A stretch of 64,000 nucleotides of DNA from an uncultured delta proteobacterium (lineage in GTDB: Bacteria > Myxococcota_A > Polyangia > Polyangiales > Polyangiaceae): the NCBI GenBank assembly GCA_963696385.1, contig CAVOKF010000005.1, positions 1,120,001 to 1,184,000 on the forward strand, written 5' to 3'. Numbering within the stretch: the stretch's first letter is position 1; every line of letters starts with the position of its first letter. Below, one piece after another: positions 29,838 to 39,837 of this stretch. A model generated the notes under the pieces. It ran no database searches. It was given only the letters and a program-made list of their open reading frames with translations, and was not told the origin of the DNA. Both the position numbers and the translations under genes were made by a program.

Positions 29838-30788
29838 ATGTCGCCCGCGCCTTTGCCTTCCAGGCCGCGCCCCGTGGTCACCACACCCACAGGCGGCGAT
29901 CGACGGGTGCCAGCCAACTGGCTGGACGAGGCGCCCGTCACGCGCGCGCTTCTCGCGCTCAACGTCGCCGTGTTCGCCATGCAGGTGGCCCTCGCGCACC
30001 AGGTGGCCCACCTGCCGGTGCGCGAGGGGCTTGAGCTCGGCGCGAGCTATGGCATGGCCACCGTGGGTGAGTATCGGTGGGAAACCCTCCTTACCGCGTG
30101 CTTTCTCCACGACGGGGTGGTTCACCTCGGGTTCAACATGCTCGCCTTGTGGCAAGCAGGCCCGCTCGTCGAACGCTCCGTCGGGTCGGCCCGCATGGCT
30201 CCCTTGTATTTGGCTGCCGGAGCCTTCGGCAATGTCCTGAGTGTCGGCTACGGATGGGTCCATCGCTCGGACGCTTTCAGCGTCGGCGCCTCCGGCGCTA
30301 TCTCGGGCGTCATCGCCGCGGCGGTCGTCGTCGGATGGCGGGTGCAGGGTTGGCGCGGACCGCTCACGCAAGCGATGCTCCGATGGCTAGCCTTCGTCAT
30401 CGGCTTCGGTGTGCTGTCGAACTTGAGCGGCGGCCGGATCGACAACGCGGCCCACGTGGGGGGGGCGGCTGCGGGCGCCGCCATAGCGCTCACCTGGCGT
30501 GTGGGCCGCCGCTATTCCGAGCGTGCGGCCACCGCGATCCTGGCGGCGTGTGCGGCTGCCCTCGTTGCATGCATCGCGGTGGTCGCGTGGCACGATCGAA
30601 CCGACCGCTTCGCGACGTGGATGCTCCAGGACCGGAAGGAGTTTACGCTCGAGGCCATCGAGGAGGGCCGCTGCAGCGACGCACAGGCCGGCTTGCTGGC
30701 CGTCGAGCGGCTTCGCGCTCCCATGGCGCCCGTCACGTCGCTTCGAAACCGGGTCGTGAGTACCTGTGGGCACTTGACGGATCACTGA
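29838..30788 (+). CDS. Rhomboid intramembrane serine protease
   Basis: FLHDGVVHLGFNM, GASG, AHVGG. Confidence 0.9.
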   Translation: MSPAPLPSRPRPVVTTPTGGDRRVPANWLDEAPVTRALLALNVAVFAMQVALAHQVAHLPVREGLELGASYGMATVGEYRWETLLTACFLHDGVVHLGFNMLALWQAGPLVERSVGSARMAPLYLAAGAFGNVLSVGYGWVHRSDAFSVGASGAISGVIAAAVVVGWRVQGWRGPLTQAMLRWLAFVIGFGVLSNLSGGRIDNAAHVGGAAAGAAIALTWRVGRRYSERAATAILAACAAALVACIAVVAWHDRTDRFATWMLQDRKEFTLEAIEEGRCSDAQAGLLAVERLRAPMAPVTSLRNRVVSTCGHLTDH

Positions 30789-30831
30789 ACCCCTTCCGCC
30801 GATCGCCACATCGTGTGAATCTCGGCCCCCC

Positions 30832-33465
30832 ATGCCTTTCGAGCATCGGCATCACGCCCGTTGTGTTTGCGCCGGCGCCGGCTTCGCGGAGCACGCACTC
30901 GCCGGGCGCCCATTTGCCTTTCCGTCGACCTCGCGCCATTTCGAGCGCGACCGACCCTTTGCCATCGATCATCTCGCGCTCGAGATCGCGCTCGACGTTG
31001 CCGACCGGAGCATTCGGGCGACCGCGACGCTCGACGTGCGGCGCATCGATCCGTCGGTCGAGGAGCTCCCGCTCGATGCCGTCGGATTCGACGTTCGCGA
31101 CGTCGCTGTCGACGGTCGGTCCACGATTTGGCAGTACGACGGCAGGGTTCTACGAATTCCGTGGGATGCCGGTCGGGGCCGGGCCTCCGTCGTCGTGACC
31201 TACCGGGCAACGCCGAGGCGGGGTCTCTACTTCATCGAGCCCGACGAACACTATCCGGATCGGCCGCGCCAAGTGTGGTCGCAGTGCCAGGAGGAGGACG
31301 CACGGCACTGGATCCCCTGCCACGATAGCCCGCATCTAAAGATGACCACCGAGATCACCGCTCGCGTCCCGGCGGGCTGGTATGCGCTGTCGAACGGGCT
31401 ACTCGTATCGAACGACAGGCCGGCGACCGGCGACTGGACGTACCACTGGAAGATGCAAGACCCGCACGCCAGCTATCTCGTCACGCTCGTGGCTGGCGAG
31501 TTCGCTGCGGTCGTCGACGAGGTGACGCTCGGCGGTCGGGCCATTCCCATCTCGTACCTCGTTCCCAAAGGGCGCGAAGGCGACGTCCCACGCACTTTCG
31601 GCCGCACTCCGGCGATGATCCAGCACTTCAGCGCGGTCACGGGTGTGGCCTACCCCTGGAACAAGTACGCGCAGATTGTCGTGGCCGACTTCATCTTCGG
31701 CGGCATGGAAAACACGACCGCAACGACGCTCTACCAGCACATCTTGCTCGACGAACGCGCCGCTCTCGACGTCGGATCGGACGATCTGGTGGCTCACGAG
31801 CTCGCGCACCAGTGGTTCGGCGACTACGTCACGTGTCGTGCCTGGTACGAAGGTTGGCTCAACGAAGGCTTTGCGACATTCTTCGAGCACGTTTGGCGCG
31901 AGAAGGACCTGGGCGCAGATGAGTACGCCTACGGGGTGAAGGCCGATCTCGACCAATACGTTGCGGAGGCGCAGGGCCGTTACCGGCGGCCGATCGTCTG
32001 TCAGGACTACGACGCGCCACTCGATTTGTTCGACCGCCATCTCTACGAGAAAGCAGGCCTGGTCTTGCACGCGCTCCGGACGGAGCTCGGCGATGCGCTT
32101 TTCTGGCAGGGCGTGCACACCTACCTCACCCAGAACGCGCGCGGAATCGTCGAGACGCGGGACCTGCAGCGGGCCATGGAAGCCGTGAGCGGTCGCGGCC
32201 TCGGCCGGTTCTTCGAGCAGTGGATCTACAAGCCCGGGCATCCCGAGGTCGACATCGAGATCGCCTGGGAAAGGGGCATTCTGTCCATCCAGGCGAAGCA
32301 GTCGCAGTCGACGGCGGACGGCGTGCCGGCCTCATTCGAGTTCTTGCTCGAGTTCGACATTTTCGAACCCGACGAGCGCTCCGCGCGGCGTTCGGTCCGC
32401 GTGACGGACAGGCAGCAGGCGTTTGCACTGCCCGTGCGCACGCGCCCCATGTTTGTCGTCGTCGATCCGGACTTGCGCATCGTCGGGGAGGCTCGCCTCA
32501 AAGTGCCCGCCGACATGTTGCGGTCGCAGCTGTCGAAGGCGCCCACGGCGCGCGGCCGGTGGCTGGCTGCGCAGGCATTGGCGCGCGTCGACAATCTGCC
32601 GACCACCGAGGCCCTGGCACGAGCCCTCGCCGACGAATCGGAATTTTGGGGAACGCGCGTGGAATGCGCCATGGCGCTCGCCAAGATTCGAGCGCGAGCG
32701 TGCTTCGATGCGCTGAAGGCCGCGACGGCGACGGCGCACCCCAAGGTCCGGCGGGCGGTAATGGACGCGCTCGGCAATTTCCGAACGAGTGAGGCCTTGG
32801 AGGCGATCAAGCCCCACGCCCTGCGCGACGACAGCTACCTTGTCGAGGGCGAAGCGGCGCGGGCCCTGGGCCGCACTCGGCAGTCCGGCGCTTTGGAACT
32901 GCTGGTCGACCTCCTCGAGCGTTCGAGCTGGTTCGACGTCGTCCGGGCGGGGGCAGTCGAGGGACTCGCAGCCTTGCGCGACGATCGCGCTCTATCGCAC
33001 CTGAGCGCGCGCGTCCGCTACGGGCATCCGTCGCGTGTGCGACGAGCGGCCATCATCGCCCTGCCGAAAATCGCCAGCGATCGCAAAACGCGCGAAACGA
33101 TCGAGCAGCTCCTCGACGACTCCGACTCGATGCTGAGGATCGATGTCGTCCGAGCGCTCGGGGAACTCGGCGATGCCAAGGCGCGTCCGGCATTGCGCGA
33201 TCGGCTGGAAATCGAGCTCGACGCGCGGGTTCGCCGTCGCATTCGCGAGGTGCTGCGCGACTTGGCCGAGCCGAAGCGAGCGTCGGAGCAGCTTCGAGAC
33301 GATCTAGAAAGATTGCAGGCCGAGCACGTTGAACTCAAGGTGCGCCTGGCGAGTGTCGAGGCGAGAGTCGCGGGCGCGATTCCGCCGGACGTGGCCGTTT
33401 CGGGCTCTGCGCACCGTAGCGCGATGCCGTCGAAGAAGCGCGCGAAGAAAGGTAGGGCCGGGTGA
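30832..33465 (+). CDS. pepN: M1-family aminopeptidase with C-terminal HEAT repeats
   Basis: GGMEN, HELAHQWFG...WLNEG, HEAT repeats and coiled-coil tail. Confidence 0.93.
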   Translation: MPFEHRHHARCVCAGAGFAEHALAGRPFAFPSTSRHFERDRPFAIDHLALEIALDVADRSIRATATLDVRRIDPSVEELPLDAVGFDVRDVAVDGRSTIWQYDGRVLRIPWDAGRGRASVVVTYRATPRRGLYFIEPDEHYPDRPRQVWSQCQEEDARHWIPCHDSPHLKMTTEITARVPAGWYALSNGLLVSNDRPATGDWTYHWKMQDPHASYLVTLVAGEFAAVVDEVTLGGRAIPISYLVPKGREGDVPRTFGRTPAMIQHFSAVTGVAYPWNKYAQIVVADFIFGGMENTTATTLYQHILLDERAALDVGSDDLVAHELAHQWFGDYVTCRAWYEGWLNEGFATFFEHVWREKDLGADEYAYGVKADLDQYVAEAQGRYRRPIVCQDYDAPLDLFDRHLYEKAGLVLHALRTELGDALFWQGVHTYLTQNARGIVETRDLQRAMEAVSGRGLGRFFEQWIYKPGHPEVDIEIAWERGILSIQAKQSQSTADGVPASFEFLLEFDIFEPDERSARRSVRVTDRQQAFALPVRTRPMFVVVDPDLRIVGEARLKVPADMLRSQLSKAPTARGRWLAAQALARVDNLPTTEALARALADESEFWGTRVECAMALAKIRARACFDALKAATATAHPKVRRAVMDALGNFRTSEALEAIKPHALRDDSYLVEGEAARALGRTRQSGALELLVDLLERSSWFDVVRAGAVEGLAALRDDRALSHLSARVRYGHPSRVRRAAIIALPKIASDRKTRETIEQLLDDSDSMLRIDVVRALGELGDAKARPALRDRLEIELDARVRRRIREVLRDLAEPKRASEQLRDDLERLQAEHVELKVRLASVEARVAGAIPPDVAVSGSAHRSAMPSKKRAKKGRAG

Positions 33466-34250
33466 CGGGAGACTTTCCCATCCGGGTGGACCAACGCGGG
33501 GCCGTCGCCATCTGGACTCTCGACCGTCCAGACCGCGCGAACGCGCTCTCGCGCGCGGCGCTCCTCTCCATCGGAACGCTCGCGCGAGAGGCCGCGACGA
33601 ATCCATCCATCCGGGCCGTCGTGCTTACGGGATCGGGTGAGAAGGCTTTTTGCGCCGGCGCCGATCTCAAGGAGCGCCAAGCGATGAGCGACCAGGACGT
33701 CCGCGACCAAGTCGATCTGTATCGCTCGGAGCTCGGTGTCCTGGACCGCTTACCGAAACCCGTCGTTGCGGCAATCAATGGCGTCGCGCTCGGCGGCGGG
33801 CTCGAGCTCGCGCTCTGCTGTGACTTGCGTATCGCCGCGGGTCACGCCCAGCTCGGGCTGCCCGAGACGTCGCTCGGCGTCATCCCTGGCGCCGGAGGAA
33901 CGCAGCGCTTGCCGAGAGCGGTCGGCGAGGGTCGCGCGAAGGAGATGATCCTCTTGGGTCGACGGCTCACGGCGTACGAAGCGCTCGCATGGGGCTTGGT
34001 CCAACGGGTCGCGCCCGTCGGCACGAGCGTCGTCGAGGATGCTCTGGAATGGATTCAACCGATTGCCCAAGGGGCGCCGATAGCCCTAGCCTCCGCGCTC
34101 GAGGCCATCGACCAATCGTACGGGGTGACGTTGGACGTGGGGTTGGAGCTCGAGAAAGTCAGCTACGGCAGGACCATTCCGAGCCACGATCGACATGAAG
34201 CTCTTCTTGCGGTGTCACAGAAGCGCAAGCCGCGCTTCGAGGGGAGGTGA
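33462..34250 (+). CDS. Enoyl-CoA hydratase (methylglutaconyl-CoA hydratase, LiuC-like)
   Basis: AFCAGADLKER, GGGLELAL, PETSLGVIPGAGGTQRL. Confidence 0.92.
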   Translation: MTGDFPIRVDQRGAVAIWTLDRPDRANALSRAALLSIGTLAREAATNPSIRAVVLTGSGEKAFCAGADLKERQAMSDQDVRDQVDLYRSELGVLDRLPKPVVAAINGVALGGGLELALCCDLRIAAGHAQLGLPETSLGVIPGAGGTQRLPRAVGEGRAKEMILLGRRLTAYEALAWGLVQRVAPVGTSVVEDALEWIQPIAQGAPIALASALEAIDQSYGVTLDVGLELEKVSYGRTIPSHDRHEALLAVSQKRKPRFEGR

Positions 34251-34253
34251 ACG

Positions 34254-34766
34254 ATGCGCGCGTGGTGGCTCGTGCTGCTCATGGGGTGCGGCGGATCCCC
34301 GCCGCGGACGGCCGACGGTTCGGAGGCGAGGTCCACCGCAAACTCGGCAGGTGAAGCGACGACGAGCGGCACCGCGGGTTCAACGTCGGTGACGCCTTCG
34401 ACGGGCAGCGCGACCCCGTCTCTCGCCTCGGCTTCGACCCCGGACAACGACGGCACCGTGGTCATCGGCGCCATGGCCGCCACGGGACACTTCGACCCCA
34501 AGTCGACGCTCGACGACCTGCGACCCGATCTGATGGCCTGCTTTCGCAGGGTGCACGCTTCCAATCCGGCCATCCACGGCAAGGTCACCCTTCGCATCCA
34601 GGTCGACGAGGCGGGCCTAGTCCTGAACGTCGACGCTCAGCCCGGCGGTCCGGCCAACGACCCTGCGCTCATTGCCTGCATACGCGACGATTTCAAAGCG
34701 AATGCTCACTTCGCCAGGCCCGGCGGTTCGGCGACAATCGTTGCGCCCCTGGTGTTCCATCCCTGA
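34254..34766 (+). CDS. Lipoprotein with AgmX/PglI C-terminal (TonB_C-like) domain
   Basis: Lipobox LMGC; ACF...NPAIHGKVTLRIQVD...ACI...FARPGG...IVAPLVF. Confidence 0.75.
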   Translation: MRAWWLVLLMGCGGSPPRTADGSEARSTANSAGEATTSGTAGSTSVTPSTGSATPSLASASTPDNDGTVVIGAMAATGHFDPKSTLDDLRPDLMACFRRVHASNPAIHGKVTLRIQVDEAGLVLNVDAQPGGPANDPALIACIRDDFKANAHFARPGGSATIVAPLVFHP

Positions 34767-34783
34767 TTGTCGGAGTCCGGAAG

Positions 34784-36316
34784 ATGCCCATCGATTCAAA
34801 GCTCGACGACACGTTGTCTCGAATCGAGAGGGGTGGAGCGACCAAATACCATCAGAAAAACGCCGAACAGGGCAAACTCTTCGCTCGGGAACGCATCGCT
34901 CGCTTGATCGATCGATCCAGCTTCGTGGAGGACGCGATCCTGGCAAACAACATCGACGCCGACCTTCCAGCCGACGGCGTCGTCACGGGGACGGCTACGG
35001 TCGCGGGGCGGCCAATCGCACTCATGGCCAACGATTCGACCGTGAAGGCTGGTTCCTGGGGCCGTCGCACGGTCGAGAAGATCTTGCGCATTCAGGAAAC
35101 GGCCGCGCGGCTGCGCATTCCGATGCTCTATCTCGTCGACAGTGCTGGCGCTCGGATCACGGATCAGGTCGAAATGTTCCCGGGGCGCCGCGGCGCGGGG
35201 CGGATCTTTTACAACCAAGTGCAGATGAGCGGGCAGGTGCCACAAGTGTGCCTGCTCTTCGGTCCGAGCGCCGCGGGCGGGGCATACATCCCTGCCTTCT
35301 GCGACGTCGTTGTCATGGTGGACGGCAACGCGAGCATGTACCTGGGCAGCCCGCGTATGGCTGAGATGGTCATCGGCGAAAAAGTCACGCTCGAAGAGAT
35401 GGGCGGCGCGAAGATGCACTGCGCCGTGAGCGGTTGCGGCGACGTCCTCTGCAAGACCGAGGACGAAGCGATTGAATTCGCGAAACGATACCTCGCCACG
35501 ATGCCGCAGAGCTTCGAAGATGCCCCGCCGCGCGAGGCCGCCCGACCCCCCAGTGCGTCAGGCAAGCGGATGGAAGACTTGGTCCCCGCCGACGAGAACA
35601 AGGCCTTCGACATGATGACGGTCATCGCGGAAGTGATCGACGCGGGATCGTGGCTCGAGATCAAGGCGCTCTTCGCACGCGAGATCGTCACGGGCTTCGC
35701 CCGGGTCGACGGACGCGCTGTGGGCATCGTCGCCAATCAGCCAAAATGGCTGGGCGGCGTACTGTTTGTAGACAGCGCGGACAAAGCCGCGCGGTTCGTC
35801 TGGTTGTGCGACGCCTTCAACGTCCCCCTGCTGTTCATGGCCGACGTTCCGGGCTTCATGATCGGTACGAAGGTCGAGCGGCAGGGGATCATCCGATCGG
35901 GGGCGAAGATGATCGCCGCCGTCAGCGAGGCCACCGTCCCCAAGATCAGCGTGGTGGTGCGAAAAGCGTACGGAGCCGGTTTGTACGCGATGTGCGGTCC
36001 CGCTTTCGACCCCGACGCATGCATCGCTTTGCCGACGGCGTCGATAGCCGTAATGGGCCCGCAGGCGGCGGTCAATGCCGTCTATTACAACAGGATCCAG
36101 GAGGTGCCCGACGGGCCCGAGCGACAGGCGTTCGTTGCCCGACTTCGCGACGAATACCGGGCCGACATCGACATTCTTCGGCTGGCGAGTGATCTCGTCA
36201 TCGACGCGGTCGTCTCGGGCGATCGACTCCGCGACGAGATACGAGCGCGCCTCGAGCGCTACTCGGGCAAGCGCGAGCGGCGCGTGAACAAGAAACACCT
36301 CATCGCGCCGATGTGA
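34784..36316 (+). CDS. Acyl-CoA carboxylase beta subunit (methylcrotonyl-CoA carboxylase, LiuB-like)
   Basis: ADGVVTG, LVDSAGARI, SAAGGAY, DVPGFMIG, RKAYGAG. Confidence 0.93.
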   Translation: MPIDSKLDDTLSRIERGGATKYHQKNAEQGKLFARERIARLIDRSSFVEDAILANNIDADLPADGVVTGTATVAGRPIALMANDSTVKAGSWGRRTVEKILRIQETAARLRIPMLYLVDSAGARITDQVEMFPGRRGAGRIFYNQVQMSGQVPQVCLLFGPSAAGGAYIPAFCDVVVMVDGNASMYLGSPRMAEMVIGEKVTLEEMGGAKMHCAVSGCGDVLCKTEDEAIEFAKRYLATMPQSFEDAPPREAARPPSASGKRMEDLVPADENKAFDMMTVIAEVIDAGSWLEIKALFAREIVTGFARVDGRAVGIVANQPKWLGGVLFVDSADKAARFVWLCDAFNVPLLFMADVPGFMIGTKVERQGIIRSGAKMIAAVSEATVPKISVVVRKAYGAGLYAMCGPAFDPDACIALPTASIAVMGPQAAVNAVYYNRIQEVPDGPERQAFVARLRDEYRADIDILRLASDLVIDAVVSGDRLRDEIRARLERYSGKRERRVNKKHLIAPM

Positions 36317-36369
36317 CCCTCGCCTGGCGGCACGGAGTTTGTGGGGCGGCCGAAGGCAACCCAGGGCCG

Positions 36370-37908
36370 TTATTGGGCCGCGGCCGACTCCTCGAGGGAT
36401 ACGTCGGTGTCCGGCTGGGTCGCTTGCGGCTTCATGGCGGCGCTCGGGCGGGCGCGAGTAACCTGCTCGAGCAGCATCGTACCGGCCATATACCCGTATC
36501 CTGCCGTGAAGAGGGCGGCGAACGGCGTGGCGATGAAATGCCCCGTGCGCAGGGAGGCAACCGTGCTTGCGAACGAGATGACGCACAGGATGCTCTCGGC
36601 AAACGGGACGGAGAGCGCCGTTCGATACCGGCCCCCGACGCTGGTTCCCTTCTTCGGGGTTCGCACGAACTCCCCCGCCATGGTTCGGAAGCCGCGCACG
36701 AGCGCGCGGGTAATGAGCGGCGTCAGCCCGACACCGACACCGATGAGCGCTGGAACGATGAGCAAAGCGTCGCGAGCGCGTCGTCCCTGAGCCCGCTCGG
36801 CGGTCGCGTAAAACGCCGCCAGCGAACCAGTTGTCCCGAAGAAGAGCGGAATGTCGATCGCGACAATGACGAGCGAGTTGGATCCTGGCAATAGCAAAAC
36901 GAGGGGCAGCAGAATCACGCTGAGCAATAGGGTCAGGGGATACGCGAAGTGCGGTGTGAGATGAAAGAAAGCTTCTGCGCGTGCACTCAGCGGAAGCCCC
37001 GAACCAAGCACACGCCGCAACAGTTTCCTCGACGTTTGCACCGTTCCGGTCGCCCATCGGAATTGCTGAGCGCGGAACGCGCTGATGTCCTCGGGAAGCT
37101 CGGCGGGCGTCACTACGTCTTCTCGGTACACGAAGCGCCATCCGAGAAGCTGCGCCCGGTAGCTCAGGTCGAGGTCTTCGGTGAGCGTGTCGTGCTCCCA
37201 GCCGCCGGCGGACTCGATGGCGCACTTGCGCCAGACCCCGCCCGTACCCGCGAAATTGAAAAGCCAGCCCGCCGCGGCGCGAACGCGGTTTTCGACGAGG
37301 TGGTGGCCGTCGAGCATCAGCGCGCCGACGCGGGTAAGGATCGAATGGCCGCGATTAAGATGTCCCCAACGCGTCTGGACCATCGCTACATTGGATTCGT
37401 CGAAATGTGCCATAATGGCGCGGAGGAAATTCGGTGGCGGAAGGAAGTCCGCGTCGAAGAGTGCAACGAACTCGCCCTTGGCCACTTTTAGCCCAGCGGC
37501 CAGAGCCCCCGCTTTGTAGCCGATTCGGTCGGTGCGATGGAGGTGGACGACGTCGAGCCCCGCCCGCTGCAATTCATCGACACGTCGCCGAGCGATCTCG
37601 CGGGTTTCGTCGGTCGAATCGTCGAGGACCTGAATCTCGAGTCGATCGCGCGGCCATTCAATCTTGGACACGGCGTCGATCAAACGACGGACGACCGTCG
37701 ACTCGTTGTAGATGGGAAGCTGAATGGTCACCTTCGGCAAAGTGTTCGCCGCCATCTCGATCGCACCAATTTCCGGCACTCCGCGCTTGAGGACTTCGAT
37801 TTCTCGGCGGAGATGAGCTGCCATGACCACGAGATACGACCGGTGGATTCCGTAAACGGACAAGACGAGCAGAATGGCGGCGTAGAGCACGCACAGCGTG
37901 ACGCTCAT
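36370..37908 (-). CDS. Processive GT2 glycosyltransferase (CESA-like)
   Basis: QLPIYNE, LDDS, KAGAL, DAD, TED and QQFRW motifs; flanking TM helices. Confidence 0.92.
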   Translation of the reverse strand: MSVTLCVLYAAILLVLSVYGIHRSYLVVMAAHLRREIEVLKRGVPEIGAIEMAANTLPKVTIQLPIYNESTVVRRLIDAVSKIEWPRDRLEIQVLDDSTDETREIARRRVDELQRAGLDVVHLHRTDRIGYKAGALAAGLKVAKGEFVALFDADFLPPPNFLRAIMAHFDESNVAMVQTRWGHLNRGHSILTRVGALMLDGHHLVENRVRAAAGWLFNFAGTGGVWRKCAIESAGGWEHDTLTEDLDLSYRAQLLGWRFVYREDVVTPAELPEDISAFRAQQFRWATGTVQTSRKLLRRVLGSGLPLSARAEAFFHLTPHFAYPLTLLLSVILLPLVLLLPGSNSLVIVAIDIPLFFGTTGSLAAFYATAERAQGRRARDALLIVPALIGVGVGLTPLITRALVRGFRTMAGEFVRTPKKGTSVGGRYRTALSVPFAESILCVISFASTVASLRTGHFIATPFAALFTAGYGYMAGTMLLEQVTRARPSAAMKPQATQPDTDVSLEESAAAQ

Positions 37909-37975
37909 GGGGGCGCAGGTAACCACACGTGCGGGGTCCACATGTCAAAAACCTGTATTTCTTCGCACTCGAATG

Positions 37976-39028
37976 TCAAAGAACGCCGGCTCCACGCGAG
38001 GTCGGGCGTCGGCTCGAAGATCGAGTCGGTCTTGCGCGGTCACCCCGCTGTCGTTCAAGCATGGCGTTGATCTCGACGCCCCCAACGATGCAAATGCTCG
38101 TGAGATAGAGCCACATGAGGAGCACGGCCACCGCAGCGAGGCTTCCGTAAAAGAGGGCGTACCGAGCGATCGATGCGGCGTAGACGCCGAAGCCCCAGGA
38201 TACGAGCAGCCAGCAGACCACCGACGCGAGGGTTCCGGGCCAAACGCGTGCTCGCGTGCCCGCGGGTCGTTCGATGGAAAAGCGATAAAAGCACGCGAGC
38301 AGGACGCTGCCGACGGCGAGGGTCAGCCCCGCCGCCAAAGCCTGTTCAAGCGACGAATGCCGGCTCCTGCGATCCTTCTGCGGCGCTTGCGATGCTGCGG
38401 AGAGCGGTGGGTGGCTCTTCGGGTAGCGCTCGAAGGGCCGCGCCATCGCAGCCGTGGCTCCGGTGCGGGCGTCCCGGGACGCTTCGTAGGGGTGCAGCGC
38501 CGCATCGATCCGGACGAGAGAGGACGCGACGACGCACGCTGCAATCAAGCCGAAAGCCACCCACACAAGCGAGACAGCTCGCTTTTTCCAGTACGGCCGC
38601 AGCTGCCCGTTCGCCACGTCGAAGACGTCGAGCAGGTTGTGCACCCCGGAGGACGCGGCCCAGAGGTAGCCGAGCGCTCCTACAGGGGCTAGGGAAGACT
38701 TGCTGCCGGCGAGTCGTTGCACCTCCTCGCGGACGATGCCCTCGGCCGTGACCGGCACAATCTCAAGCAGGGGCTCGCTGAGTGCATCTACGCCTCCGCG
38801 GCGCGCCACCTGACCGACAAGGAATCCGAGCAACACGAGCAGCGGAACCAGGCTTAGGAACAGCCAAAAGGCCACCGCCGCAGCCGATCGGAACGCGCCG
38901 TGCGAGGCCATCGCTCGCGCGAGGCGTCGTCCCGCGCCGAACAGCCCCATAGGGGAAGGGGCCGAGGTGATGGGCATGGGGAGGGGCGAAACCGCCTCGT
39001 CGGGGGGGTTGGCCGGTCCGTTCTTCAC
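37976..39028 (-). CDS. YihY/BrkB family membrane protein
   Basis: AAAVAFWLFLSLVP, VWPG, YGSLAAVAVLLMWLYL. Confidence 0.88.
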   Translation of the reverse strand: MKNGPANPPDEAVSPLPMPITSAPSPMGLFGAGRRLARAMASHGAFRSAAAVAFWLFLSLVPLLVLLGFLVGQVARRGGVDALSEPLLEIVPVTAEGIVREEVQRLAGSKSSLAPVGALGYLWAASSGVHNLLDVFDVANGQLRPYWKKRAVSLVWVAFGLIAACVVASSLVRIDAALHPYEASRDARTGATAAMARPFERYPKSHPPLSAASQAPQKDRRSRHSSLEQALAAGLTLAVGSVLLACFYRFSIERPAGTRARVWPGTLASVVCWLLVSWGFGVYAASIARYALFYGSLAAVAVLLMWLYLTSICIVGGVEINAMLERQRGDRARPTRSSSRRPTSRGAGVL

Positions 39029-39085
39029 ACGGAGCGGTCAAGCCGCGGTCCGTCATCGGAAGCGGTCGGTGATCGCACGATGCAC

Positions 39086-39538
39086 TCATGCATGGACAAG
39101 CGCGGCGGCGCACGCCCCAGTCATCATAGAGGCGCGGAAGGTGGCCACTTTGGTCCCGAGGGCCTCGAGAGACGCCTCGTTCAAGGCGCTTTCGAGCGAG
39201 GGGTGAACGGTTCGTTCCTCGAGCCGTGCATGCGTCGCGAACGCGTCTGCGAGATCCGAAAGCCTTTGGCGAAAAACGGTCCTGTCCCCCGTGCGGCCGG
39301 TTGCTTGGATGACCGCCGTGCGCACGCGCGCGTGCCGGACGCGATGGGCCGCCAAGTCGTCGACCATGGCTCTCTCCGCTGCCGGGTAGAGCAGGCTCTC
39401 GTCGGCGGCGAGATGCGCCATGAGGTCCGCAGCCAGAGCGTGGAAGTCGTCATCGGTGACGTCCCAGATCGAGCCGATTAGCGCGAGCGCTTGTTCAATG
39501 TTGCGGTGGTCTCGTCGAAGAAGCATCGTGGCTTTCAT
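39086..39538 (-). CDS. Hemerythrin-like (HHE) domain protein
   Basis: LLRRDH, HLAADESLLYP, H, HARLEE. Confidence 0.8.
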   Translation of the reverse strand: MKATMLLRRDHRNIEQALALIGSIWDVTDDDFHALAADLMAHLAADESLLYPAAERAMVDDLAAHRVRHARVRTAVIQATGRTGDRTVFRQRLSDLADAFATHARLEERTVHPSLESALNEASLEALGTKVATFRASMMTGACAAALVHA

Positions 39539-39563
39539 GAATATTTCAATACGTCGCGATGTG

Positions 39564-39590
39564 ATTATAAAACGATAAAATCATCGTAAA
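39564..39590 (-). promoter_or_regulatory. Promoter of the hemerythrin gene: TATAAT plus a KdpE/OmpR-like direct repeat
   Basis: Minus strand TTTAC-N6-TTTAT (39590-39575), then TATAAT (39569-39564). Confidence 0.6.
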
Positions 39591-39837
39591 TTCATAGTGC
39601 GATGTTTCGCGTTCGTGTCTAGACGTATTCGAGCGGCGTCCGCCCGGCAAGTCGCACGGCGTCGGGAAACGAGCCGAGACCCTCTCACCCGTTTTTATAC
39701 GTTCTTGATGGATGGACGACACGGCAATGGGCTAGCGTCCTGTTGTCGAGATCGGCTGGATCCTTCGGAGCGCCTCGCGGTCCGCCCGTCGTTGTCATCC
39801 TGAGTGGGAGCGTGCCGCGAGCACCGAGCCCAAGCGT

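Noticed and set aside
39600..39837. kdpF-like peptide downstream of the plus-strand box at 39694
   Set aside because: The small ORFs here (e.g. MDGRHGNG...) are not hydrophobic and lack the YL...PEKF-type ending.
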